Part shown: piece after piece, positions 37,801 to 50,900 of the stretch
Numbering within the stretch: the first letter of the stretch is position 1
How the letters are laid out: each line of letters begins with the position of its first letter
Assembly (NCBI GenBank): GCA_030265395.1
Contig: JARFYF010000052.1
Location: 98,197,655-98,261,654 of the forward strand
DNA: 64,000 bases
From: Rhina ancylostomus
Taxonomy: Eukaryota
Direction of reading: 5' to 3'
Translations under genes and position numbers: made by a program
Notes under the pieces: model-generated
What the model was told of the DNA's origin: nothing
What the model saw: only the letters and a program-made list of their open reading frames with translations
Databases searched by the model: none

Positions 37801-39669
37801 CGAAATTATTTGACACACCAATCATGGTTTCTAAATGTTGCTGCATAAAAGAGAACGAAAAGTAGATATGTTCAAGGTACTTGACCTTGCTTTAGACACG
37901 AAAGGAACGAAGCAATTCAATAGGTAGATCAGATTAACACAATTTTCTCACAGAATATGGCATTTGATTGCTTGCCTTGCAACATCAGTTAAAACAAAGC
38001 GTGTTTTGAATTTTAATTATGGATAGCAGCGTGATTTAATCTCGTCATGTTTATAGACACGTGCACTATTAAATGCTAAGATGTGAAGTATAGGACATAC
38101 CAATGTATAAAATATAGGAACTCAAATATAACATGTATTACAATAATATCTATAGAATTATCGTTCTTTCACAAAAGTGTGCGAATTTCTTTATTTCTCA
38201 ACTGGAAGTAATCTGCAGATGTGAGTGTTTTATGTCGTGTTTTACTTATAATGCTAACACGTTGACTTTATGTCATAATTATAAGCCTCAATAACTGGGG
38301 AAATGTGTGATGAAACAACTAAACGCGTATTCAGATATCGTAAGAAAGATCTCACTGTGGTTGACTGGCTCCAAATCACAATGAATGGTGGCGAGAAATT
38401 TTTCCAGGAAAATTCCGTGCTCCAGTGCCTGCTGACTGGCTGGTGGAATCTAGAAGGCTGTGATGCTCAATTCTCTCCATTTCTCCCTTTGTCCAGGATG
38501 CATAGGGATTACCATGAATTTTACCAGTGCTCTGAGCTGGTAGGCAGCATTTTGTTAGTTGCTTTTGGTTAATTTCCTGTTATCGCCATGACACACATTG
38601 CGATTGTCAATCTTGTGCACTCCCATTCTATGGGCTTTGTACAACAGACGGGAGAGTCTCCAAATGCAAAAGAACATTTGGACGCCTCAGTTGTTTAATC
38701 CAGATAACTTTAAGCAAATACAGACAGTCCAAAAGGTATTGGTAAAATTTCACTTCATCCCTTACACGAGAAATAATTAACCATGAATGGAACTGTTTTA
38801 ATAACGTTAACATTAACCTAGCGATAGTTTTCTTTTTGAGATCGTGGTTACTTTGCTCAATAATGACTGAATCTCACGCGAAATGCTGATCTTGTTTAAA
38901 ATGATTTATCCATAATCTTGCTTGTGCGTGTAAACATGTCGACAGGAAATGGGCCAAAACAGAATCAGATTCTGAGCTCATTATGTTTTTTTTAACCAAC
39001 TACACGAATCATAATTCACTGTGCAAGTTGTTGATGCATTACAAGTAACTCTAAAGAGACCTTGGATTACACATTTTTTCAATTAAATATAAATGAAAAC
39101 GGCTTGAGTTCAAGGGTAGCCCGGCAATTACCTTTTGACTAATAATAATGCTCTAGAAATATAAATGAGTTAATAGATCAGAACAAGGCCCAATAAAAAT
39201 GGTATAAATCATCGCCCTTTGTAAATATTAAACATAAACTTAAGATTAATAACTGATAATAATTTGTTTCTGTTCACTTAATATATTGTACTTTTCCGGG
39301 AGTGCAGATTTCTTTTTGGTTAAGTATTCTGGTTTCATTTAAGTAAAGTAATTTGACTTACAAAAATATATATTTTCCCTTAATTATACTCCACAAGTGG
39401 GAAATAATTGCAACTGAAAATGACTCAGTCTGCAACTTGCAATGTTTTTGAGGCACTGAGAATAAACCAATGGAACTGATTCATGTAACCAGACATTTCT
39501 GGCAATTAAACCATCTAATTCCTGATTGTTGACATGATAAAATATATTCTCCACATATTTTAGGTTGCTATTATGATTATAATAATTGTTATAATGGAAT
39601 ATTAAGATGAATACATATAACAGCAGGAAAATAGTTCCATGTGCATTTTGATATGCTATCTACATTATT

Positions 39670-40620
39670 TCATTCGCAGGTTATGGGCGTTGGAATCAAA
39701 GTCTGCATTCATTTTCCATCCTTAAATACCCTTGAGAAGGGGGAGACTAAAACACTTCAATCCATGTAGTTATTCTCACATTGTTATTTGACTTGAAGGA
39801 GAACTTGGTGATGTTCCCATGGGTCCACTGCTCATGTCTATTTGTTTGCTGCAGGTCTGGGCGAACACTTGGAAAGTTTCCACGTTGCAAGTTTCTGATG
39901 GCCCGTAGCGCGGCCATCGTGCACTAAGCAGTGACAATCTTCTTGAGTTTGATTGGAGTTACACTAAACCATGCAAGTGAAACGTATTCCATCATTTTGT
40001 AGATCTCTCTTGTCGATGGTGGTAAACTATGGCGAGTGTGCAAAATACCTAGCCCAAGACCTCTTGTGGCCAGTTATCTATGCAGTTGATTCATTAAATT
40101 TCTGGCGAATGATAATCCCTGAGATGTTGAAAGTTGAGGAGTTGACAAGGTTAATGTTGAGGTTAAAATTGGGAAGGCTCGACCGCCTTTTCGTGGAGAT
40201 GGCCAAAGCCTTGCACTAATGGGGAAAAAATGTAATTTACGATTTATCAATTCTGCACGATTCTCAGAGTTTAAGTGAGCGCAGATTACTTCATTATTTG
40301 AAAAAGTCCAGATGGAACTCAACATTGTACAATCATCAACAAACATTTCCAAGATAATGAAAGTTATTAACAAAGCAAGGGATATTAAGGGATAGAAAAT
40401 AAATGCAGAGATTGCAAGCACTAGCCTGGGGAAATTTTGCCCTTAATCTGGGGTGATTGTCTTATAACAACCACACTACCGTCCTTCAAGACTACATGAC
40501 CATAGACAATGCAAAAAAATTCCTTATTTCCATTGACTCTAATTTTACTAGTGTTTCCTGATACGACACTTCATCAAATATTGCCTTGTTGTCAAAAACA
40601 GTCAGCTATTTTCTCCTTGT
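39670..40620 (-). mobile_element. Old CR1-group LINE remnant
   Basis: Minus-strand MFVDDCTMLSSI resembles the RT (Y/F)ADD motif context; heavily decayed. Confidence 0.4.
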
Positions 40621-42829
40621 TTAGATCAACGCTGCAATGCAATCTGATTTCAAATGATCTGAGCAGTAGCCAAACTGAATGTGAGTGAGAAATTATCGGT
40701 ATTCCTACTTGCTAGCAATCTTGATGGTGTTGTAATCAGGTGCACTGGATTTGCCCTGCACTTGTGGACAGCCAATCTCTCGGTAATGCACTATTATGTT
40801 GCCTACATTTATCTTGTAGTTAAGTGGAACAGCTTGATTGCAAATATAACTAGCTCTGGAGCAGAAGTGACAAGGATGTTACCAGATNNNNNNNNNNTGC
40901 CAAAGCCTCTGCTGGATTTGGTTCAATCAATTGTTTTTTTTGAATGAATGAAATTGGTTGAAAACTTGCATTTGGAAGGAGACTGACACTGAACCATCCA
41001 CAAGACGTCCGTCTGAAGCTATTTGAACACACACATCCAATAGCTTAGGCCACATTCTCTTAGTCAAACATAAATCCATACATTATTGTCTGCACAAATA
41101 GCTTTTGAAAGAGATCAGCTATTGCTCTCGCGTTTGAATTGGATTTCTGCAACCTTTGGTTAAATTTGGAGACTTAGCTACAAGGCTCCAAAAGGGGTGA
41201 GGCTAGTTATCAGATAGAATTTTCAAATGTCTGTTCCTTAAATCTGAACCTGAGGAATTCCAGGGTTGGATTAATGTTACAATTCCTCTTCCTCCTGACA
41301 CAATTAACTACGGTTCAAAACCATCTGCATGTTTTTACGAAATCTGTTTCTTTTTATGTAGATGTTCTGTTATGGATATTTAAGCAGTTGGTTCAACTAT
41401 TTTGTGGTTATAAGCACGCCAGGTCAATTATTGATCAATTTTATTGCAGAAGATACTGTTATATAGAAAATGTACCAATGGGTGCCGAACGTTGAACTGC
41501 CATCAACCGAAACATTTTGCGAAACAAAACACAGTCGAGTCATTTCCAGCATTAGATCTTGAGGTGACATGAATAAGTATGGGCTGCTGTGAATTTCCGT
41601 TTGCATTATATATGCAGCAATTGGCCTTAATCCAGCAGGATACCCTCATAAAGCTTTGCAATTCATTCTTTTACAATCATTACTCCATTTATAGCAATTA
41701 AGTTTCTAATCCGTTTTATGTTTCCCATACAGCCGATACTGCTGTTGTAAAATTGAAGAATGGGCTGTGACCAGGTAATTGAAATCAAGTTTTAAGCATT
41801 AAAGAACACAATATGATTGATGCGTATAGGCCAGAATTAAAAATACAACGAAGTATCGTGCCTTGACGACGGAAGCATAACTGTAACTTTAGTCAACTTT
41901 GTATAGGAAAAAATAATCGAATCTCCGAAGGTTGAACATCAAGCACACGACGCACCAAGACAGCGAACATTGAGACTCTGCCAACTGGTAATCTTTAAGT
42001 TGCAATTAAAACCAAAACTCTCCAAGAAGGTAGGTGCTTTGCCAACTGTTCTGCCCTGCGTTAATTTACTTTGGCGGGGTGAACCATTTCACAAGTTCAC
42101 AGCAGAGAGAAAAGGAACAAATACTTTTTTGTTGCTGATTCAGGGCACACAGTCTGACAAGCCCCATTTATCTTTCTTGCTAAGAATCTGAAAAGATTTG
42201 ATCAAATATAAATATTAGCCTGAACTCAAAGAAATTCAGGCTGGATAATAACTTGGACTGGGCCGTGTGGTCAGCTAGTGTTGATAAATAGTTATTTCTG
42301 GTTAGAGTAAATGGAAGCAGGCTACTTTGATTATTGAGATGATAGAGCAAAAGCACGTTCTCAAAATTCAATAAAATGAAAACTCTATTTAAAATACAAT
42401 ACAGGGAAGGAGGTCAGGTCTCCCCGCCATTAATAATTAACAATGTTATGGACGAGAGCGATTATGCATATATGCTTACTATTTCCCTTCAAAAACGATC
42501 AGATTTAAATTCCCGTCACATCCTGCTGTAAATACCTGGCGTGTGTATGCAAATGACAAAGATCAGATTCCGGATGTGCGGACAAAATGGGATCAAAAGG
42601 CAATGATACGGTCACTTAAGTAAGCTCTGTCAAAGATTATTGTAACTCCCCACAAATTGTGCGGCTAGGCTTTTAGACGCAGACTTTAACTCGCGACATA
42701 TGAAACCTGCTGTTGTGGGTTCAGCATACCTCTCCCTACCTGTCTTGCTGCTGCGAATTGCGTCCAGTTTTATTTGGATCTACTGTATAAATAGCATCTG
42801 GAGGGTTTTATTTTCAGAATTCTTTACAT

Positions 42830-43115
42830 AAAGGCACTAAAGGTGGCCACTTGCCCCATCGGGTCTAGGCTAGCTCCCAGGGAAACAATCTCAGTAGCCA
42901 TATCCCCTTCTTATTTCCCTGTGCTTCTTTCACACACATCCCCACCAACTTCCCTTTGATTCTTTCTAACGTTAACTTCCATAGCTAATTAGCTGGTCTT
43001 TGGGAGGAAACTCACGTGGTCAGGGGGAGAATGTGCAAACTTCACAGGGACAGCACCCAAGATCAGGATGGTATCCAGGTCTCTGGAGCAGTGAGGCAGC
43101 AGCACTAACTGCTTC
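42830..43115 (-). mobile_element. HE1-like V-SINE, degraded
   Basis: GTCTTTGGGAGGAAACTCACGTGGTCAGGGGGAGAATGTGCAAACTTCACAGGGACAGCACCCAAGATCAGGAT...CTGGAGCAGTGAGGCAGCAGCACTAACTGC. Confidence 0.7.
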
Positions 43116-43557
43116 AGCTGGTTATCCTGTTTGGGGTTGTTCTGCCTCCGGTCGAATCTATTGTACTCATTCTTATAACACCATTGTAATGGAGTCATGC
43201 AGCAGAGAAACAGGTCCTTCAGTCCATCATGTTCATGCTGATGATCAAGCGCTCACCTATACTAATATATTTTCCAGCACTTGCCCCACAGCCTTCTACA
43301 CTTTGGTGATTCAAATGCTCTTCTGGATACTTCTTATATATTGTATCTCTGCCTCACCATTCCCTTATAACAGTATGTTCCAACCAGCTTCTGGATGATA
43401 AAAAATCTTCCTCAGATGCACTCTGAACCTCCTACCCCTCAGTTTAAAACCTATCCCCTCTGGTTTTATATATTTCTGCTAAAGGGAAACATTTCCTACT
43501 ATCTACTATATCTATGCTGCACATGATTTTGTGCACCTCAATCAGGATGCCCCTCAG

Positions 43558-43769
43558 TGTCATGGTTCTGAGTTCTGGCCCTCAATTTGGCTCATTAATG
43601 CCTTGTTGTCCAGCACATGGATTCCATGCTGGANNNNNNNNNNNNNNNNNNNNNNNNNNNNNNNNNNNNNNNNNNNNNNNNNNNNNNNNNNNNNNNNNNN
43701 NNNNNNNNNNNNNNNNNNNNNNNNNNNNNNNNNGGTTCTCTGAGTTTGATCTGGATCAACATTGTGACA
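43558..43769 (+). mobile_element. Gypsy-type LTR (apparently solo; interior is a gap) with 5-bp TSD CTCAG
   Basis: TGTCATGG...ATTGTGACA termini, flanked by CTCAG at 43553-43557 and 43770-43774. Confidence 0.85.
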
Positions 43770-45469
43770 CTCAGTGTCCTTTGCTCTAAGGAAACAATTC
43801 CTGTTTATCCAGTCTCTCCTCATAACAGATTCCATTCCAATCAACAGACTGGTGAGTTTCCCATACTCTGTCTCTAGTGCAATCGTGTTCTAGCTATAGT
43901 TGTGGCAACCAGAACTGGACACAATAATTCAGACGTGGTTTAATCAATGTCTTATTACGTTGCACCATATACTCTTCTATTATATACCCCAGCTAATGAA
44001 GGCTAGAATCTTGTATTCTTTCTTAACCACATTATCAACCNNNNNNNNNNGATCTATGGATTTGCACACAAAGGTCTTTCTGTTCCTCAATATACCCTGG
44101 AGCCATACCATTTATTATGTATGTCCCAGTTTTATTAGTGTTCCCAAAATGCATCAGCTCAGACCTACCAGGATTAAATTTCAGATGTCATTGCTCAACC
44201 TATCTTATCAGTAGCTAAAGACTTCCCTCCTCATTGTCAACAAAACCACCAATTTTTATGTCACCAGTGAACTTACTAATCATGCATTTTACATGCATGN
44301 NNNNNNNNNNNNNNNNNNNNNNNNNNNNNNNNNNNNNNNNNNNNNNNNNNNNNNNNNNNNNNNNNNNNNNNNNNNNNNNNNNNNNNNNNNNNNNNNNNNC
44401 ATTTTACATGCATGTTCAAATTGTTAATTTATATAGCAAACAGGAAGGGTCCCAGTGAGAGTTGCTGTGACATATCACTGGCTTCCAATCACAAAGACAA
44501 CCTTCAACCATCGACATCTGCTTCCTACTACTGAGCCAATTTTGGATCCAATTTGCTAACTTGCCCTGAATCCCATGGGCTTTATCTTTTTGACTAGTCT
44601 CCCAGGTGGTACCTTTTTAAAGGCCTTACTTAAATCTAAGTTGATTACATAACAGTACTGCCCTCATCAATACATTTTGTTATCTCCCTGAAAAATTTAA
44701 TCAAATTGGTTAGACAGAACTCCCCCTTGAAAAAAAAATGGGCTGACCATCTTTCCAAGTGTAGAATCAATCTGTCCTTCAGATTTTTTCCAATAACTTC
44801 CCTACCACACAAAGATAGGCCTGTAATTACCCACCTTATTCCTGCTGCCCTTCTTGAAACAAAGGTACTACATTTGCTATGCTTCAGTCATCTGGTACCT
44901 CACTATTAGCAGATCATCTCATTAGAGCCCCACCACTCTCCTCGCTTGTCTCCCGTAGTTGCCTGGAATACATCTCATCAGGCCCAAAGGGGTTTATCCA
45001 CTTTCAAGCCCTGCTAAGACATCTAATACCTCCTCCATTTTAATGGCAATTTGTTCTAGAATTTCAATATCCTGAGTACAGATGAGAAGTATTCATTTAG
45101 GATATTATCCAAGTCCTCTGGCTTCATGTACCGATTGCCCTTTGGTCTCTTATGGGCTCTACTCTTTCCCTCAATATACTTATAAAATGCTTTGACATTT
45201 TCCTTAACCTTGTCTGCCTGTGATTTTTTTTTGTGCTCCTAATTTCTTTGTTTAAGTAATCCTCAACACTTTCTTTACTCACATTAGGCTTCCAGAATTT
45301 TTAATTCTCTGTACCTGCCATATTTTTCCTCTTTATCTTTATCCATTCCTCAATATCCTTTGACATTCAAAGTTCATTGGACTTGTCCTTACTTTTCAAC
45401 CTTATGAGAACACATTGTCCCTGAACTCTCACTATTTCACTTTTGAATGATAACTATTTGTTGGATGCG

Positions 45470-45786
45470 AGATAAGATATCTTTATTAGTCACACGTACA
45501 TTGAAACACACAATGGAATACATCTTTTGCATAGAGTGTTCTGGGGGCAGCCTGTAGGTGTCACCACACTTCTGGCACCAACACGCTTCTGGCGCCAACA
45601 TAGCATGGCCACAACTTCCTAACCCATACGTCTTTGGAATGCAGGAGGAAACTGGAGCACCCACAGGAAATCCACAGAGACACGGAGAGAATGTACAAAA
45701 CTCCTTACAGACAGTGGCGGGAAATGAACCTGGGTCGCTGGCGCTGTAATAGCGTTACACTGACGACTACGCTACTGTGCCTGCCC
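45470..45786 (-). mobile_element. tRNA-derived V-SINE (young family), copy 1
   Basis: Head GGGCAGGCACAGTAGCGTAG on the minus strand, V-domain GTCTTTGGAATGCAGGAGGAAACTGGAGCACCC and tail AATAAAGATATCTTATC; near-identical to 53733-54017. Confidence 0.85.
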
Positions 45787-45835
45787 TACCTGGAAGTAGT
45801 TGCTCTCAGTTTACTTTTACCAGCTCCTGTCTGAT

Positions 45836-46120
45836 AGTAGTTAGTGTGACGCTATTACAGTGCCAGTGACCGGGGTTCAATTTCTGCCACTGTCTGTAAG
45901 GAGTTTGTACATTCTCCCCATGTCTGCATGGGTTTCCTCTAGGTGCTTCAGTTTCCTCCCACATTCCAAAAGACATACAGGAGCTGTGGGCATGATATGT
46001 TGGCATCGGAAGAGTGGGACACATGCGGCAGCCCCCAGCACATTCTCAGTAATGTAAAAAGATGTATTTCACTGTGAGTTTCGATGTACATATGACTAAT
46101 AAATAAATATCTAATATCTA
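45836..46120 (+). mobile_element. tRNA-derived V-SINE, copy 2 (head-to-head with copy 1)
   Basis: GCTATTACAGTGCCAGTGACCGGGGTTCAATTTCTGCCACTGTCTGTAAGGAGTTTGTAC...GATGTACATATGACTAATAAATAAATATCT. Confidence 0.85.
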
Positions 46121-48529
46121 TTTATATTGAAATTGCCTTCCCCCAATTCAGGATCTTAATTTCCAGACTGTCCTTATCCTTTTCCATAGCTACCTTGAAA
46201 CTTACATGATCAGTGGTGGCTATGGTCAGTATCTTCAAAATGCTCTCCCGCTAACACTCCAGCCAGTTGCTTGGCTACATCCACCAAGATTAGACCCAGT
46301 ATTGTCCCGTCTCTGGTAGAACTATTAATGTACTGGCTTATTTCACACTAAGGTGCTCACCATTAATATTAGAAAATTCCCTATTACTATAACCCCATTA
46401 TTCTTACACTGTGCTTACACTGTGCCCCATTGTGCTTTGCCTACATATCTGCTCCTCTAACTCCCACTAACTCTTAGCGAATCTGCAGCAGACCCCCAGC
46501 AAAGTGATCACCCTTTTTGAGAGAGAAAAGCGTTCTCGAATATCATCCCATATTACTGCAATGCACTCCTCAGTAAACGTTGCAACAGCACCTCCTTTTT
46601 TACATCCCCTCCTGTGTTTCCTGAAGATTCTATACCTTGGAATGTTAAGTTGCCAGTCCTGCCCTTGTTTCAATCATTTCTCTGTGAGAGCAATAATATC
46701 ACATTCCCATGTATTAATCAACACCTTCATCTATGACTGAAGTCTTTTGCTCAAATGTGTCTATTGTTCAGCTGTCTTCAGCTCAAAAAAATCTGAGAAG
46801 AGCAATCATCTGGATCAGTTTGATATACTTGGAGCCAACTTTATCTGTTTGTACAACTCAGGAAAAATGCTGATAAAGTAATTAAAAACAGCTTTATTGT
46901 TAAGTGTTATCTTTTCCTGGAGCAAATACTAGTTATGGCTTCTTGATAATGCTATCTTCAAAAATTTCTGTGAATAGCAATTTCCACCCATCTATCCAAA
47001 TGAGATATTGTTAAAACAGGGAAAGTCAATCTTTCTGCCTTTTTTCATTTAAAATCTCATTATATTTGTGAAGAACCACTTAGCAATGACTTCATTCAGA
47101 TGTATTACTATGACTGACATCATTTTATCTATAATAGCTCTATCAGACTCTCCTTTGCCAGACTCAATAAAACATCATGCCCTGATGTCCCACCACCCAC
47201 ATATCTATAATGTGACTAAATGCTTGGTTAAACAGATGGGTTTTATGGTGCATTTTAAAGGTAGAAAAAGAGGTAGAGAGGCAGAAAAATTTAGGAAAAG
47301 AATTCTAGCATATAGTGTTTTGGCCGCTGAAGAAACAGGAAGCGCCTGGGGCTAGAGCTGGGATTTCTCACACCTGTCCCCATTTCTAAATCTGATAATG
47401 TTGAATTTACCTGTAAACCCCCCAGTAAGATGTAAAATGTGCTTTGTCAAGTATTCCACCCTATGTTTATTCACTCTGGGGAAATGAGTCATCACCATCA
47501 AGTTCCCAACAAAGAGAAAAGATCAAATTATTTTGGGGGATTGAGTTTGACAAGCTCCATTTACTTTCTCCAAGGTAACAAAAAAATGCTGTGTACCTGA
47601 CTGAATGTGAATAACTAATGCTTTATTGCAATTATTATCCCTTTTGCAGATTGCTGGTACCTGTTACACATTCATTATTTTAAAAGATGTAGCCTATTCT
47701 GCTATTTCAAGTAAAGTACTGGACATGGATGCTTGACAATTGTTCTTGTGACTTTCTTAATACTTCTTTCTGTACCTTGATATATACTGTAACTTGTTTT
47801 ATTTTGCCTCCATGAAGCATTTTGTGATGAATTTCTGCATAAATTGTAAGTTTATATTGAATACACTGTTGACCTCTGAAATTATATTTTTGAAGTCTTT
47901 GTTTTGAACACTGCCTTGGAGGCACCTCAAATATCCTTGACAGTCCATCATTGCATGCATCTAAATAAATTACAAACAAATAATCTCTCTCAGGATGATC
48001 TACCTTTTCAAAATTGTTTCTATCTTGTTGCAACTGATGTTCTCAGACGAATTCAATTGCATTACATCAGTTTATATCTAAAGCTTTGCAGTCCTTCTTG
48101 GTCCACATTACCAGTCTTTTCCACTTATAATACAGTTTGATTTTAATATAGGCTACTTTTTCTACTCTGCTTCTATTAGCTTTACATTTTCTTCTTCGAT
48201 GCACTGTACTCTTTTTTTTATTTCATATGCCTCGTTGCAGAATGTAGAGTTGGAGGAGTGATGACTGGATTCTGCAGCAGCCCAGGTAAATCTAATGAGC
48301 CAAAGTGGCTTAAGCAGAACATTAGAGAATGCTGGGAAGATGGAGGGATTTAGAGAAAAGACTGAAGATGTGACCTTGGCAGCTGTCAACATGCCATCAA
48401 TAGAAATCATTGGAGAATGCTCAAGGTGCTGGAATTGGAGGAGTGCAGGTAAACCAGATGCTTGTTCAGCTGAAGGAGGTTATAGAGAAAAAGATAAAGA
48501 GACATTTGAAAACAAGGGCAGAAATGTTA

Positions 48530-48830
48530 ATATTACGACAATTCTCAACCAACACCATTAAAACAGATTATGAGATTGTTGTCATATTGCTATTGGTGGA
48601 AGCTTACTGTGCATTAATTAGGTACTGCATTTCTTACATGACAACAATTTTCAGCCCTTAATTGGTTGAAGTGAGTTTAGGATATAAACACCAAATATGC
48701 TGGAAATACTCAGAAGGTCGGGCAGTATCTGTGGAGAGAGAAATAGAGTTAATGTTTGAATTCTTTTTTGCTTTTTGATGACTTAAGGTCATCCTAAAGT
48801 GATAAAGAGTTCTATATAAATATGTCCTCC
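48530..48830 (+). mobile_element. DeuSINE 3' remnant interrupted by a Penelope-end fragment (~48690-48760)
   Basis: AAAACAGATTATGAGATTGTTGTCATATTGCTATTGGTGGAAGCTTACTGTGCA...; insert ATGCTGGAAATACTCAGAAGGTCGGGCAGTATCTGTGGAGAGAG. Confidence 0.55.
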
Positions 48831-49729
48831 TGAGATCTCAGAGCAAAATAAATCTCTATTTGTGTGCCACTCCTTTTCCAACCAGACTTGTCTTTACAAT
48901 TGATTTGTTCTCCTTCCATGCTCCAGACGTCTGGTTCCATTGATCTCCTTCCAGTCCTTCATTCAAGTTACCATTAATCATTCATAAACTGTGATAACAA
49001 GCACTGTGGCGGCCAATATAATTACTGGGGTCACCACAACCAAGCCTGGTGTAATCCATAACACATCCAAACACATGAGCATCTAGTCAGAGGCACTTGA
49101 TCTTGATCATGAGTGTGAATCTCTGTTGATTTCTCCCTCCTTTAACTACGAGATTCAAAAGCAAATTACTCCACTCTTATAACTGTCATGGCTGAGATTG
49201 TATAATTCATCACAGATGGGTCATCAAGTTTGCTAATCTCTCTTAAAAAAAATAGCTATCTTGATTTGGAAGAGTCCTTTTAAGCAGGAGTCTTAACTCT
49301 AATATAACACATTAGCATTCTCACTCAACTAGAGATTGTGATAATAAAATTCTTTCCTCAAGTTCCAATTATTGGAAAAATGATTAGAACTCAGTCTGTT
49401 TACTGACCAGTGACCCATAACTGATGTTGAATAGCACACACGCTGATGAAGTTTCTCACCACGTTTGTAACCAGAATAATACTGCCCACATATATTGCAG
49501 AAACTGACTTGATGAGTTTAATTTCTAAGTTGTTAATGTCTCTGTACCACTCTAAGCTAGTAATTGCATTACAGTGCATTTATGGTTGCTGCTGCATTAG
49601 TTTATAGATTTTTAGCATTGTTCCCTCCAACTTCATGACCATTTTGAAAAAACTTCATTTTTTCACTCTATAGCAATGTTATAAAAAGAAACTTAGGAGG
49701 AGCCATTAATATTTATAACATAACAGAAC

Positions 49730-50900
49730 ACTCCAAGGAATTTCACAAGAGTTTTATCAACAATTGACATTGAAGCAATGGAGATATTAAGAAAGATAAA
49801 CCAAAATAGTAAGGTTTTAAAGAGAATCTTAAAGAAAAGGAAAGAGGTGGTGAGCTGAAGAGGTGAAGGAAAGAATCCCAGAGCCTAAGGCAATGGCATG
49901 TGAAGGCATTGGTGGAGAGATTACATTTAAGGGTGATCAAGAGACAAAAATTGGTGGAGTGCAAGTTCATTGAGGCTTTCAGAGATTATAGAGACAGGAA
50001 AGGGCAGGACCATTCAGGAATTTGAAATTATTGAAAGTTTTACTCAAACTAATGTTGTCATGGTTCTGAGTTCTGGCCCTCATTTGGCTCCATTAATGCC
50101 TTGTTGTCCAGCACATGGATTCCATGCTGGNNNNNNNNNNNNNNNNNNNNNNNNNNNNNNNNNNNNNNNNNNNNNNNNNNNNNNNNNNNNNNNNNNNNNN
50201 NNNNNNNNNNNNNNNNNNNNNNNNNNNNNNCTGCATTTGAGTTCTCTGTGAGTTTGCTCTCAATCAACATTGTGACAAATGTGGGCTAGTGTGCTCTTGG
50301 ATGAAGGATGATAGATTATCAGCAGCAGATTTTGGATGATGAGTTTAATAGGGTGGAATGAGGAAGGCTGGCCAAGAGTGTGTTGGAATGCTTAATTGTA
50401 GATGTAAGTACATGTGTAAGAATTTAAGTTTGACAGTCTTAGAGAGGTGTATAAGATGCACATATGAAATATGTATTAAATCACATTGGTATATGTAAAC
50501 ATCATATTAATGGGGATGTGGTGGGTTGGTTGCCCCTGCATCTTTTGCACATTATCAGAATTAAGCAAGGCAAGGATCAGGATTTGAGCAGTTCATGAGC
50601 TGATGCAAGGGCAGATATTGTGATGGGAGACAAAATAGATGGTCTTAGTGGAAATGCATTCAAAGTTCAACTCTGGGTCAGATACGATATCAAGTCTGAA
50701 TAGTTTACTTCAGTTTCAGAAAGTTTTTGGGAAGAGGAATGGACTTGATGGCTTTGGAACTGAGCTTGTGGCAAGAATTGAATTAAATGACTTTGGTCTT
50801 CCTAGTTGTTAATTGGAGGAAATTCTTAATCATTCAGTATTGGATTCAAGACATGCAATATGACAAACAGGGAACACTTGTTCATCAGAGCTGATGGTAA
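49730..50900 (-). mobile_element. L2-type LINE 3' region, degraded
   Basis: Purine-rich L2 antisense pattern (GGTTTTAAAGAGAATCTTAAAGAAAAGGAAAGAGGTGG...GAATCCCAGAGCCTAAGGC), interrupted by an LTR. Confidence 0.5.
50056..50277 (+). mobile_element. Gypsy-type LTR (same family as 43558) with 5-bp TSD AATGT
   Basis: TGTCATGGTTCTGAGTTCTGGCCCTC...CAACATTGTGACA, flanked by AATGT at 50051-50055 and 50278-50282. Confidence 0.88.

Larger units (their letters stand above)
43190..46740 (-). mobile_element. Long degraded CR1 LINE (ORF2 endonuclease to 3' tail), host to nested insertions
   Basis: Tail GGAGTCATGCAGCAGAGAAACAGGTCCTTCAGTCC at ~43190; RT-region relics at 44200-44700; APE N-terminus QGQDWQLNIPRYRIFRKHRRGCKKGGAVA at 46467-46673. 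Interrupted by an LTR and two SINEs. Confidence 0.8.

Noticed and set aside
44281-44415. Direct repeat CATTTTACATGCATG on both sides of a 100-N gap
   Set aside because: Identical overlap across a fixed-length gap is typical of unmerged contig ends; it cannot be called a TSD or tandem repeat without reads.
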